Of a stretch of DNA of 64,000 nt, positions 48,541 through 62,154 are shown in pieces (position 1 is the first letter of the stretch; every line of letters begins with the position of its first letter). The stretch lies in NCBI RefSeq assembly GCF_001194135.2, contig NC_068989.1, positions 48,733,139-48,797,138 on the forward strand. The letters are read 5' to 3'. A program made the translations under genes and the position numbers. This DNA comes from Octopus bimaculoides (Eukaryota). Below the pieces are notes generated by a model, which saw nothing but the letters and a program-made list of their open reading frames with translations, searched no databases and was not told the origin of the DNA.

Positions 48541-49081
48541 ACGACACATGAAATCTTTCGAGCGGGATCGTGCCAGAGCCCCTGGACCGGCTCATGTGAG
48601 GGCGACACGATATCTTTCGAGTGAGATCGTTACCAGTGCCCCTGGACTGACTCTTGTGCGGGTGACACATGAAATGTTTTGAGCGGGTTCGTTGCCAGTG
48701 CCCCTGGACTGGCTCATGTGCGGGCGACACATGAAATCTTTTGAGCGAGATCATTGCCGGTGCCCCTGGGCCGGCTCTTGTGCGGGTGACACATGAGGTT
48801 TATCGAGCGAGATCGTTGCCGGTGCCCCTGGGCTGACTCTTGTGCACGTGACACATGAAATGTTTTGAGCGGGTTCGTTGCCAGTGCCCCTGGACTGGCT
48901 CATGCGCGGGCGACGCCCATGGGCCGGCTCTTGTGCGGGTGACACATGAGGTTTTTCGAGCGAGATCGTTGCCGGTGCCCCTGGACTGGCTCATGTGCGG
49001 GCGACACATGAAATCTTTCGAGCGAGATCGTTGCCAGTGACCCTGGACTGGCTCTTGTGCGGGTGACACATGAAATGTTTT
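48541..49081 (+). repeat. 62-bp GC/CpG-rich minisatellite running into a gap
   Basis: Units start at 48543, 48604, 48664, 48726, 48788, 48850, 48912 (shortened), 48941, 49003 and 49065. Consensus gacacatgaaatctttcgagcgagatcgttgccagtgcccctggactggctcttgtgcgggt. Confidence 0.95.
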
Positions 49082-49947
49082 NNNNNNNNNNNNNNNNNNN
49101 NNNNNNNNNNNNNNNNNNNNNNNNNNNNNNNNNNNNNNNNNNNNNNNNNNNNNNNNNNNNNNNNNNNNNNNNNNNNNNNNNNNNNNNNNNNNNNNNNNNN
49201 NNNNNNNNNNNNNNNNNNNNNNNNNNNNNNNNNNNNNNNNNNNNNNNNNNNNNNNNNNNNNNNNNNNNNNNNNNNNNNNNNNNNNNNNNNNNNNNNNNNN
49301 NNNNNNNNNNNNNNNNNNNNNNNNNNNNNNNNNNNNNNNNNNNNNNNNNNNNNNNNNNNNNNNNNNNNNNNNNNNNNNNNNNNNNNNNNNNNNNNNNNNN
49401 NNNNNNNNNNNNNNNNNNNNNNNNNNNNNNNNNNNNNNNNNNNNNNNNNNNNNNNNNNNNNNNNNNNNNNNNNNNNNNNNNNNNNNNNNNNNNNNNNNNN
49501 NNNNNNNNNNNNNNNNNNNNNNNNNNNNNNNNNNNNNNNNNNNNNNNNNNNNNNNNNNNNNNNNNNNNNNNNNNNNNNNNNNNNNNNNNNNNNNNNNNNN
49601 NNNNNNNNNNNNNNNNNNNNNNNNNNNNNNNNNNNNNNNNNNNNNNNNNNNNNNNNNNNNNNNNNNNNNNNNNNNNNNNNNNNNNNNNNNNNNNNNNNNN
49701 NNNNNNNNNNNNNNNNNNNNNNNNNNNNNNNNNNNNNNNNNNNNNNNNNNNNNNNNNNNNNNNNNNNNNNNNNNNNNNNNNNNNNNNNNNNNNNNNNNNN
49801 NNNNNNNNNNNNNNNNNNNNNNNNNNNNNNNNNNNNNNNNNNNNNNNNNNNNNNNNNNNNNNNNNNNNNNNNNNNNNNNNNNNNNNNNNNNNNNNNNNNN
49901 NNNNNNNNNNNNNNNNNNNNNNNNNNNNNNNNNNNNNNNNNNNNNNN
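49082..49947. other. Assembly gap (N) inside the minisatellite
   Basis: Run of N. Confidence 1.
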
Positions 49948-49989
49948 TATATATATATATATATACCGCCTGACTGGCCTTTGTAGGGT

Positions 49990-50272
49990 TTTCGAGTGAG
50001 ATCGTTGCCAGTGCCCCTGGACTGGCTCTTGTGCGGGTGGCACATAAAAGACACCATTTCGAGCGTGGCCGTTTTCGTGCGGGTGACACGTAAAAGCACC
50101 CACTACACTCTCTGAGTGGTTGGCGTTAGGAAGGGCATCCAGCTGTAGAAACTCTGCCAAATTAGATTGGAGCCTGGTGTTGCCATCCGGTTTCACCAGT
50201 CCTCAGTCAAATCGTCCAACCCATGCTAGCATGGAAAGCGGACGTTAAATGATGATGATGATGATGATGATG
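49990..50272 (+). mobile_element. Last minisatellite unit(s) running into an RTE 3' tail ending in (GAT)n
   Basis: gccagtgcccctggactggctcttgtgcgggtggcacataaaag...gtaaaagcacccactacactctctgagtggttggcgttaggaagggcatccagc...ggacgttaaatgatgatgat. Confidence 0.85.
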
Positions 50273-50274
50273 CA

Positions 50275-50470
50275 TTAATCCTTTAGAAACCAAGTGGATT
50301 CAGGATGCCCTTGGTTCTACAGTACAGATATCTTAAAGATAAGATATCTACATTAAAACTTTGCAATTAAAATTTCGTTTAAGTTATTTTACAACATTAA
50401 ACATTATTTTCAAAATCAATTGAAAAGAATTAAGTTTATTTCAATAGAAATATGGTAACAAAAGTTTTAA
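50275..50470. mobile_element. Degenerate TTAA-type MITE (same family as 14011-14236)
   Basis: ttaatcctttagaaacc...ggtaacaaaagttttaa. Confidence 0.5.
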
Positions 50471-52655
50471 GCTGTATCCCAAAGTTGTGTACTTAACTGT
50501 TGTTGATAAAGGTATTATACAACTAGTAATAGTTTCATTTCCCCTCATATGAATCTATATGTTCCATTCTATGTGAAGGCATGTAGTCTAATAGTGTTTG
50601 GCTTATGATTAAGGTTGAAGGTTCGATCCTGAACTGACTGGTGTCCTGTGTCTAGGAGCAAGGCATATAATTTTATATTGGTCTAGTCTACTTAGCAGAA
50701 AACGAATACAAGCCTGGAGTTCAAACAACCTTCTGTCTTCTCCAGCTGTTCCTTTCTTGATGTTCTGCAAGGTCAAGTGTCAGAGAGCTCAGAGAGTTTC
50801 TATTCATGCCCACTTAAACATGAATAGTGCTTCTGTTGCTAATATATACATATATATTTTTAGAGAACTCCTGTTTGCCCACAACCACATATGCATTTAA
50901 AGCAATCAACAAAAGTGTGGTGTAAGCTACCAGATCATACTTGCTTGTGAGTAATAGTTAAGCTCTTTTTTATATGTTATATATCCCATTCTACACTCTG
51001 ACTCGCCAATAGCAACAGAAAATCTACTGAACAAGCTAGATGTCAGTAACCATTATATCTTGCAGATGCATGAGCCTGTTGACTTGGAAATAGTTCAGTT
51101 TGAGAGTGTGGACAGAGAGTGAGAAATACAACATCCATTCAGTTGTTATTTACGTGTCTGTCTCATATAACAAATAAACAAGTAACTAAATCAAGTACTC
51201 CAGCATGGCCATAGTCAGTTGACTGAAACTTGCAAGACAGTAAAACAGCAATAGCAAATTTAGTATTTCTTCATATTCCAGTATGGTAAATAAACTATTC
51301 CATGTCATTATTAACTGCAATCTATATTTGTCTGTTGGACATAATGTAACATACTGGCCTTGTTAGAGATATTACTGCAGGAAACTACACACATAGTCAA
51401 TGAAATGTCATATTGAGAATTTCTGACATTTCCACTGTCTCCTTTGTATTTATCTGTTTATTTACTCTTTTTTTTTTCTTCTTTTTCTTTATTTTACTAA
51501 TTACATCGTTGCTTTCTGTGTAAACCAATACTGACGAGACCTAGTGGTGACTGAAGTCAATAAATTTGCCAGGACGATTTGTCATGCACGCTCTGAAGAC
51601 ATATATTGCTTCAAAATTACAGAACAAATTGCTTTTCCTCTTAACTGAGCAATCAAGTAATTATTGCTACATAAGATGAGAGATATATTAATTAATAAGC
51701 AAAGGAAATACTCCAAAGTAAAAAAATTAAAAAAAAAGGAAAAGAAAAACACAAGAAAAAGAAATGAAAAACAAGCAGAAAAAGATGGGTAACTTAACAG
51801 AAATGTTATTAAAGAGGAATGAAAAGATCTGACGTAATATTAGAGTAACACTGAAATTGGCTGGTTGCATCAGAACGTGAAGAACTAAAAGGAATAAGAA
51901 CTGACAACCAATTGTTATTAGAAGCTATCAATACATATGTATAACACAGTTACATACATAGACACAGAAAGACATACATAGACGCACACGTGCATGCATG
52001 CACACACACATCACAAGAGAAGGGAAAGAAACAGCATGTTCTTTCTTTCAGAGAGGTCTGTCTATTTGGTAGATCTAGGAAGTCAATATTGGATATTTTA
52101 ATTTTATGCTTCTCTTATTTACTTCTACTGTTCTGTTATTAGAATTAAGTTTCATGATTGTGCAGTTATTTTTAGAGGAGGTATGATGTTGGTGCTAGTG
52201 GTGGTGGTGAGCTTGCAAGTGGTACTGGCATTGGTGGAGTGGCATTGATGGTAATTGTGGTATTGGTGGGTGAGTGGTACTGGTGACAACAAGGTGGCAG
52301 AGTGGTGTTGGAGGCAGCAATGGTAGTGAATGATGTTATGAGATATGGCTATCAATAGACACATGCTTGTACTGGTTGTGTTATTATTAAATTTACAGAG
52401 AGTCTGTGATTGATTACTTTGAAAGATGGGTATAAATAACGTTATACGGTTTATCGTTTGAGATCTTACACTTCTAAGTTCAAATTTCACTAAAATCAAC
52501 AACAGTTTACGAGTACAAACCAGTCATGTATTGGTATCAAATCAAATGTACTTTGCTATTTTATGAATAGAATAAAAACCAAAAAAAAAAAACAGCAAAA
52601 AAAAAAGAAGTAACTTGTGACCAAAGCAATAATAATAATTCTTTCTCATTATTAG

Positions 52656-52872
52656 TAAGGTGGCGAGCTGGCAGAATTGTTAGCATGCTGGGCAAAATGC
52701 TCGGCATTTCATCAGTCTTTATGTTCTGAGTTCAAATTCCACTGAGGTTAACTTTGTCTTTCATCCTTTTGGAGGTTGATAAAAAATGTACCAGTTGAGC
52801 ACTGAGGTTGATGTCTTTGGCTTAGCCCCTCCTCCAAAATTGCTGGTCTTATGCCAAAATATGTAACCATTA
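52656..52872 (+). mobile_element. Family B SINE
   Basis: Full-length copy. Confidence 0.85.
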
Positions 52873-53789
52873 TTAGTAAACTATTTTATGGTAGGGATCT
52901 TTGTGGTTTTTGTCACTGCTTACAATTTTCTTCCAATTGTTTTCAAATTTGATATATGGGTTAAGTTTTGTATACTAATTATGAAAATGAAATTCATTTT
53001 TTCCTATAAATTCATAATTAAGAAGTTATTAGTCTTTAAAATTTGCAAAATTTGGGTATTTAGCCCATCAGAAGCAAGTATTTTACACATAACCGTGGCG
53101 AAAAACTATGCTTTCATAGTAACCAAAGATGCTGCGCATGTGCACAAGGAGGAGAAAGAGATATGAGAAAGATAATCTACTATAGTAATACTTGTGTTTT
53201 TCTCTGTCACAACATATGAATGAGAAAGGAAGGGGTGATAGATAAATAAGGAAGAAAAGGGTGATGACTAACTGGTAGTAGGAGGGTTTCAGTTCTGTGT
53301 GATTATATGTGAGTAAATAAAAGGGAAGTATGTGTGTGATGGTCAATTTTTTTTAACTAATACATGTTTATTTTAAACAATGCTTTAACTGTTATTTCTA
53401 GCAACTCTTGTTGGTTTGTTTGTTCATAGCTTTTATATAGCTAATTTGCTCGTGAATGTTTTAATGTTAACTTCATTCATGTATATTTTAATGTTTTGAC
53501 TGTTATTTCTAGCAATGTTTTGACATGTCGATGCCCAACTCGCCTGATGATGGAAGAGGTACTGAATGTGCTGTTTTTTGATTGGCTGAAAATTATCAAA
53601 CTTTCAACACCTGTAACATTTTTGCAAAATTTTTCTGGAATAAGCGAATAACAAATTTGGATTCAGCATCAGACATTACATCTATATGATACATTAAGAC
53701 ATTTTTTGAAAGATAATTCTAAACACTGATGAAAACCACAAAGGTCCTATAGTAGTGATTAAGAGTCTGTAGCCTAACACCTAAAGTTC

Positions 53790-54230
53790 TACTGCCTTTC
53801 TCTCAGAGCCAGATCTACTTAAAAAGGGAATGCTATTCACATATTTGGATATGTTCTTCCAAATAAATACTGTCCACTCTTGATAACAGAATCACATTAG
53901 GCAGGTGATGTCACTTCAACTGCTTTATCATCAATAGAAAGTTGCAAGTCTGACTTTTTTCTGTTATTATTTCCATGGAAAGTGCTTAGATAAGCTTCAT
54001 TCCCTGGTCCCACTAGTTTAGGAATTTTCCCATCAGAACTCAGTTTGCTAAATTTAGCAAACTGCATCTCTACTGCTCCCTGGATGCTTTATGATCTTGT
54101 TGCAAGGTCAATGCACAAAGCATCTTTTTCTTTAGAACAGCTGAATTGTGGAATAAACTCACATTCTATTATTTTTCTGATGAATATGACCTTGATCTCA
54201 TTAAATTTATGGTTAACAAGTACTTTGCTT
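53790..54230 (+). mobile_element. Decayed CR1/Jockey-group LINE 3' end
   Basis: ECYSHIW...FFCYYFHGKCLDKLHSLVP...FFRTAELWNKLTFYYFSDEYDLDLIKFMVNKYF resembles the CR1-like C-terminus (SFFPRT..LWN.LP...FP..Y.L..FK..VN). Confidence 0.7.
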
Positions 54231-57200
54231 AAAATGGGTTCCCTTTATTTTAATATTTATATTGTATTTTTGATAACCATTTTATTTCCTCCTTTATTGT
54301 TATCCCATTTATTTTTAATGTCACTAGTTCTTTTGTCAGTTTTTTTTATCACCATCTCGTCCCATTGCATCTAAATCTTTTATGAATTATTTTACTGCCA
54401 TCTTTTATCTGTTATTTAAAGTTGTATAGAGTTTTCATGGCATTAATCTACTCTCCAGCTTCTCCATAACCCTCAGCCTAGAAGGTGTCTGTGGCCCATG
54501 CTTGGGATGGTTTCATGTACAGAAAAAAGATCTGCATCTAGAACAGCCTTTATCTGTAGACTGAACTGGCTCTAGCTAACCCTTGAACAGAGTGTATTTG
54601 ATACATAATTGTCCTTTTCTAACAGTCTTTATCCATACTTTCAATAGTTTCTTTAATTTTTTTTTATTTATAGCCTGAAATGTCTTTAGTTGAAGCTATA
54701 ACACTCAGCATCTGCAGCTGTGGCTTTCCTCTATAGCTAGAATGGTTTTTATCTGTATCTTGAACAAAGTCTGAAGCTAGAATAGTCTATGTCCATAGCT
54801 AGAACAGTTAGTATCTATATCTTGAACAAGCTTCATCAGTGGGCTGAATATTCTTTGTCACAAGCACAAACAGAACACAGCAAAGATATATTTTTAAGGT
54901 TGATTCCTCATTAGATTCCTTTAACTCAATACCTTTTAGAAAGCATCCAAGTCACACCTTTCTATTCCACCAGCCATCTGTATCTGAAGGGGATGTGTAC
55001 TTCAGTAAACAATAGGAATTTAGAAAGTAAATGGATCTAGTTACTATGTTAGTGTGCAGGTGTAATTTGAATATAAATCTATTTGCAAAAAAGTGTGCAA
55101 TACCTACAAGCAGACTTTCACTCACTAATACAATGCAATCAGTAGCACACTATATTTTACACCTGTCTTATATACTGTTACTATAATGTGATACCTGCTT
55201 CTCAGATCTAGATATCTGTGTATAAACCTATATTATGTACCTATTTTCTTTCACTCAACACCCCTATTGTCTCATTCTCCAGATCCCATCCATAACAACT
55301 TTGTTATTCTTTATACTAAAAGCTTCATCTCCAAGCAACTTTCCTATTACATACATCTCCTTTTTAAATACCAATCTACAGAACTTAATATGAATACCAA
55401 CCAAATTAACTACATAAGTTAGGGAAGAGCAAAGCCTAAAGACCTTGCTCTTAGCTTTAAACTAAAAAGCTCTCCACATCATCTGTCATGAGTATGGTTT
55501 TCTTATGTAATTTCAGGTCAATTTCACATTCTGCAGATTTTATTCATAATTATATTACCATTTCAGTTGGGAGTCTTTTTGATGTCTTATATTTCCTTTG
55601 AAATTAAATCGACACCTTTCAGTAAGTTGTCACTTTTTATCCCATCTTCCCTTCTTCCCAAAGTTTCACTATTCTTACACTTGGACCACTCCTCTAGTTC
55701 CTTCACTCATCGTCCTTGTATAATTTTACAATTGTTTATATAATCAAAGCAACATGGTTGTTCATTTTTGTTAAAGTTACAGTAAGACTATTCATAAGAA
55801 AATATTATTTTGATATACATACACACACACACATATATATAAGCATTTATGTGTGTATGTGTCATATATATATATATATATATATATCAACTGATAGACC
55901 TAACTGAATTTCAGTTAAAAGATGGAAATCTCCCCTTGCTGTTTTGGACAATATTGAGTAAACACAGAAGACTTTAAAAAACACTCCCTAGTTGTGAGTT
56001 TGTTTAGAGTGTGTGGAGCAAAATGTCAGGAGAGGCCTGAAGTGATATGAAATATTTAGACTTCCCAATGTGAAAAGAGATAGTAGGAGAGAAACACAAC
56101 AATAATTCTTTGCATAAAATAAATTATTTAAACCACATCCAAGCAGCAGACCATTCAGGCAACACTTGCTTTAGTGTTGACAGAGACTAACAAAAATATT
56201 CCTTTTCTTTTGCTTTCTTTTTTCATTTATCTATTTATTTATTTATAGTTTCGATGTTTTTTAAGTTCTTCAAAGTTCTTTAAGAATTTGGTATCTTCTA
56301 AATGGAATTAATATATTTTTTTATATCCATTTGCTTTTTGTTGCCATCATTTTAAACATACATACATACATACATATACATATTATTTTTCAGTGTGGCA
56401 GTTGCAACAACAGTTTTTCGTGTAGTTTATTTGTTTACTTGAATAGAAGGTAAAGAAAAGAAAGAAAAGAAACAAAAAGAAAAGATAAAAAAATAAAAAC
56501 ACATTGCCCTGAACAGAATACTAATATAGCTAATACTAGCAATTCAGGTGGTGGCTGTTACAAATGGAAAGGCTCAGATTAGCTATGAATTTCATAAGTC
56601 TTGCCAAAAACTTATGACAACAGTTACATTGATTTAAAAAAATACAGAATAAATATAAAAAAGAAAAGAAAAGAAAAATATATCTACATTGTTTATAATG
56701 AAGAGTAGAAAAGTACTCAACACGAAGTGCTGAATATAATTAAATTTGATCATTTGATTCCTTATGTTGATTTTTAAAATTCCATGATTTTATGCGTGTG
56801 TGTGTGGGGGGGAGAGAGAGAGAGAGACCTTTAAAACATTCAAGACCGTACCATGACCTCACTGTTTTATTATATAGTCCACTTTTGTGAGTCATATATG
56901 AAGATACACTAGGTAAAGTGGTAATTCACACAACTGTACAATTTCTTATCAAGAAAGTGATGGATTTTTTTCTTTTTTTTTTCAGGAAGGGAAGGAACTC
57001 TACTTCACTTAATAAAGGTAATTCATATCTGAAACCAAATCATGGCTCAAATTTCTTGCTACACAAGTTCACAATTCTAAAACAGGCACTGGAATATGCT
57101 TGTATTTCTATATGAAAGCAGAAACATTTCTTCTATTTACAGCACACAGCCAAGTCTAGTATGGGTCTTAAGTTTCTTGATAGAACTTGGGTGAGGGTAG

Positions 57201-57289
57201 CTATGGCAGCCATTGTAAGCCTTTGCAATAATAGTTTATTTCATTGTAAGATTGCATTGAATTGGATTCTTCACTGAGCTCTCCTCACT

Positions 57290-57569
57290 TGTAAGTTTCT
57301 CACTAAAAACAACATAGCACCTGCAGACCTCCATCTCTTCCCCAAGATGAAAATGCAGCTCAAAGGTTGCCGTTTTAACATTGTTGCCAAGAGTGGATTG
57401 CAGAAGGTCCTTGATTTGCTTGTGGAAAACAACTTCCAGGCCAGATTCCAAAAGTGGTAGGAATGCTGGGAACCGGTGTATTTCAAACAAGGTGATGTTG
57501 AAACTTAGCTAAATAAGTTATTTCTTATCAAACATATCTAGTCCGGTAACCTTTTGATATCACCTTGTA
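57290..57569 (+). mobile_element. mariner remnant: transposase C-terminus plus right TIR
   Basis: FLTKNNIAPADLHLFPKMKMQLKGCRF...QKW*ECW...QGD..E, followed by TIR agtccggtaaccttttgatatcaccttg|TA. Confidence 0.8.
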
Positions 57570-59720
57570 TATATACAGATATATATATATATTTAGAATG
57601 GGCTTCTTTTAGTTTCCTTCAACCACATCCACTCACAAGGCTTTGGTTGGCCTGAGTTTACAGTAGAAGACGCTTGCCCAAAGTGCTCCACACTGGGACT
57701 GAACACAAGGCCACATTATTGTGCCTATAGGCCATGCCTGTACCTATATATGCATAACACACACATACATATATGTGTGTGGGTGTCTTTTTACATTTCC
57801 TTTGTTAACAACTCATCTACTGGCTTTGTCCCTTTGAAGAAGTGTGGAATAAGGACTGTATGAATGTATGTATAATGTATGTATGTATGTATGTATGTAT
57901 GTATGTATGTATGCATGCGTGTATGTATGTATATGTGCAGATTGGTATGTTTTGTTTCATGTATGTCTTCTAATGCATATACTTGCATATCTAGACATGC
58001 TAATAAATACTTAAATGAGGAACTTCTGTAAAGTTTTACAGACTTCTATAGTTCCAGCTTTCTCATTTCTGGTTTTGAGAAGCCTAATTTCTTAAGATTG
58101 GTATGTAAATAAGTATGCATGCATGTATGTATGTCTCAACTCTCAGTATTGAGCCCTCCTTCAACATTAAATGATTCATTGTTATTCTTAAACTTAAATC
58201 ACACACACACACACAATACTGTTGTTAAAAATGTAGTTGTTTAAAAGATAAGAATATTTTAACAATAAAATAGACAGAAATGTCATAAGTCTATGAAAAC
58301 TAAAATATTTTCAATACTGGAAATGGATATGTTATCAAATTTTAATGTAAATGCAAAGATAACTTTTTTCACAAATCAACAAATAAACATTTACATAAGC
58401 ACACAAACACAAGTGTATGCATTTATGGTGTGTATGTGTATTTGTATGTATGCATGATTTTGTGTTATAGGATGAGGATGGTGATTTGCAAAGATTTAAT
58501 TCACTTTTAAGAAATTAGTAGTTCTGGGAGTATTCCAAACATTCAGTTTCTTTTAATTAAGCAGAAGGTCAATTTATTTGGGTAGCAAAGGTTTAGTTTT
58601 ATAGGTAGCCCACAGTATATTACTGTTACTTATTACTTATTTGATTGACACTGTAGGTATAAGCATTAAAATTGATCTTATCAAAGCTGAGGTCTGGTTT
58701 ACCATTATCTCTTTAAAGTCTATGTCACTAAATCTTGAATTTTGTGTGTTTCAATAATCTACAGAACTCTTCTTTTCTGGCACATTTTAGTAGGTTAGTG
58801 TAATTTATATTTCACTTGATAAAAGCTTGTTACTATATATCATCTTGTATCTAGTTTACTAGTAATATTTTGTAATCTTTTATAAGTGCTCACTTCATTT
58901 TGTATATACTTTTTTCCTCCCTACTCTAAGATGGAATTATAGCAAGATCATACGAAAACTGCAAATTAGAAAATTTGTAGTTTCCTATAATCTTGCTATA
59001 ATTTCTCAAATAATCATATTCTGTAATATATGACTTTGATCTTAGATAGTAAGCATTTGTCCGTCTTATGTTATCAGCAGAGTAATCATTAATCTGTCAT
59101 CTTGCAAGAATAACACTCCTTCATCACTCTATTTGCTAATTAGTTTCTGTGATAGCTCTTCTTCTGAGATCTGAAATCAGTCAGTAACTGGTTTATAAGC
59201 TAATATGTACAAATCAACTAAAAGGTTCTGAACTTCACAGAATCTTTATCTCCTATACCTATAAAGTATAATGACACATATTTATTTATTTCTCCAGTGC
59301 ACTGATGTAACAAAGTTAATTTCTTGACCATCAATGATCAGAAATATCCCTCCATGGGTGATGAACCCAGTTGCTGTCAGTGAGTTGAGAATGGGAGTTG
59401 CGAGAGGGAAGAATTTTTCAAGAGCCTTAATGGAATATAGACCATGATAAATACTATTTTAACCTAGGTTGCAAATTTCAGTAACAATGAAGCTTACTAA
59501 CAACACTATGGCACTCTCCACATGAGAACATACTTAAATTTATGTTCTGTTCTTATTGAATTCAAGGTAATGATGGAAAGCATAGCCCAAAGGGAATAGA
59601 ATGCAGTTGATAGAACTGAGAAAAGGAAAGAACTTGTACTTTAGATTAATTAAAAATTACAGTTTATGCACCATTTCACAGTAATTGGTTGTATGATGCA
59701 ATTACTAACCACTGTACACT

Positions 59721-59927
59721 ATTCTTTTATTCTTGTACTTGTTTCAGTCATTTGACTATTTGACTGCAGTTATGCTGGAATGCTGGAGCAGCACCTTGAA
59801 GAACTTTAGTTGAAGAAATTGACCTCAGGACTTATTCTATCAGTATCTTTTGGTGAACTGTTAAGTTACAGGGACATAAACACACCAGCATTGGTGGGCA
59901 AGTGATGGCAGTGGAACAAACACACAT

Positions 59928-59982
<55 letters not shown>

Positions 59983-60148
59983 TAAAATGGGCTTTTTTCA
60001 GTTTCCATCTGCCAAATCCACTCACAAGGCTTTGGTTGGGCTGAGGTTATAGTAGAAGACACTTGCTCAAGATACCATGCAGTGGCACTGAACCCAGAAC
60101 CATGTGGTTGGGAAGCAAGCTTCTTACCACACAGCCACACCTGCACCT
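59721..60148 (-). mobile_element. Family A SINE
   Basis: Collinear with the other family A copies. Confidence 0.85.
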
Positions 60149-60663
60149 ATGTCTATATTTCTACCTGAACTTTTTATATACATATAAATGGAAGTAGTTT
60201 AAGAGCAAACATTATCTGTGCTGTTTATTAATGCAGAAAAATTGTTATATATTTACAAGGGCTTTGATAGTGATTCAAGTTAAAATAGACAAATCTGTTT
60301 CGGTTGCTGATCAGTACTCCTAATTTTCAAGGATTTCAAGCCTCAGCTACAGTTAATGCTGCCACTATGTTGGTTGAATATGTGTATTTTGTATCATTCT
60401 GGAGAAAACTAAAATGATAATAAATAAATACCCACCCTATTTCATCCAGGCCTAAGCAGTGACATTGTTTTAGGTGACAATGATTTTTGTATTTACTGCC
60501 AAGTAATACAGTTTCTCTCTATTGCATGACTTGGCAACTCAGCATGATAAGTAGGCATGTTATACCCACGGAAATAAAAGTAGAAGTGTATGGTATGGGA
60601 CATGTTGCAAACACTGATTGGTAGAAGTAAGTAGAAGGACAGGTGGTAGACATAGTGGGTATG

Positions 60664-60715
<52 letters not shown>

Positions 60716-61044
60716 CAGTGCTTTAATGAGGTAGATAAGAAGATAGAAAGTTGGCATATTAGAAATACATGTCAGTGGTGGTCTAAAGAGATACATAAGG
60801 CAATCTGAGAGCTGATAAGAAGATAGGCTGAAAGGTAGAAATGTATGTAGAAAGTGGTATATATTAAGATAGATAAGATAGACATAGGAAACATTCTTAC
60901 ATGCAGATGCACAAGTACATTGATACAGGGATGTATATAAGATGGACAGAGAAAAGACACAAGATTTATATAGAGAAAGATGAAAAAGGCAGCTGCAAAG
61001 AGAGGCTATACAATAATAATGAAAGCATGATAAAGAGTAAGTAG

Positions 61045-61072
61045 AGAGAGAGATAGATAGAGAGAGAGAGAG

Positions 61073-61122
<50 letters not shown>
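61045..61122. repeat. (GA)n/(GATA)n compound microsatellite
   Basis: Direct reading of the sequence. Confidence 0.95.
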
Positions 61123-61126
<4 letters not shown>

Positions 61127-61734
61127 TTCAAAATTGCTGTTTCTAAAAGGAATTACTTCTCTTTTATTCTGCTTTTTGAAGCTGAAGATTTTGATTCACA
61201 CCAAACTGAGTGAATAACCACAATAAAAGGAAGCAAAAACTGTTTCTAATCTATGACCACATCGATGAAATATTCCTGTAGATCTGTTGATATTCACATA
61301 TAGACTGAATTATTCATTATTCTTTTGCCATGATTGTGAAGAAAGAAAGTGAAAGAGAAACAAGAAGAAATCAGAGCATAAGAGGAAGTGAGAGAGAGAG
61401 AGAGAATAATAGATGAAAAGAGAGTGACGGAAATTAAAAGGAAAAAAAGAAACTGAGTGATAGAAAGTATAGTAAATGAGAAAATGAATGAGAGAGAAGA
61501 AAGAAGGAAAGAGGATGAAGGAAATGACAAGATGAGAAATTAAAGTAAAATAAATGAATCAATGAAAATAAAATGTGAAAGGAAAGAACAAAACAGTTCA
61601 TAGAATTAATATATCTTTCAAAAGCAACAACAATAAATTAATTCAGAAATTTTCCGAAACATTGAGAATTTTTAAATGGGAAAAACATATAAAATAAATA
61701 CATCTATAAAAATATGTGGGTGTATCTATTCATA

Positions 61735-61737
61735 CTT

Positions 61738-61782
<45 letters not shown>

Positions 61783-62150
61783 TTTTAAATCATTCATATA
61801 TGCATGTGCACACGTGGGTGTGCAAGAATATGTGCATATATATATATATATGCATGTGTGTATGTATNNNNNNNNNNATATATATGTATATATATGCAAG
61901 TGTGTATGTACGTATGTGTATGTATATATATAAATATATATATATGCATGTGTGCATGTATGCATGTATATATATACATATATATATGCATATATATACA
62001 TATATATCATCATCATCATCATCGTTGTTTAACGTCCACTTTCCATGCTAGCATGGGTTATATATGTATAATATATATATATGTATGTATAATATATATA
62101 TATATATATATGTATNNNNNNNNNNNNNNNNNNNNNNNNNNTATATATAC
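61735..62150. repeat. (TA)n/(TATG)n tract with two small N gaps
   Basis: Direct reading; gaps at 61868-61877 and 62116-62141. Confidence 0.9.
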
Positions 62151-62154
62151 ACAT

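Noticed and set aside
48541-49081. CRISPR-like array
   Set aside because: The units are contiguous tandem copies with no unique spacers, there are no cas genes, and the context is eukaryotic.
48800-50196. 300-430 aa ORFs in the ORF track
   Set aside because: They consist of N-gap X residues plus translated minisatellite. The same applies to the ORFs at 21049-21540 and 44340-45001.
53545-53575. CTGATGA...CTGAA hammerhead-like string
   Set aside because: Stem II does not pair and GAAA is incomplete. The context looks like a decayed DNA-transposon fragment.
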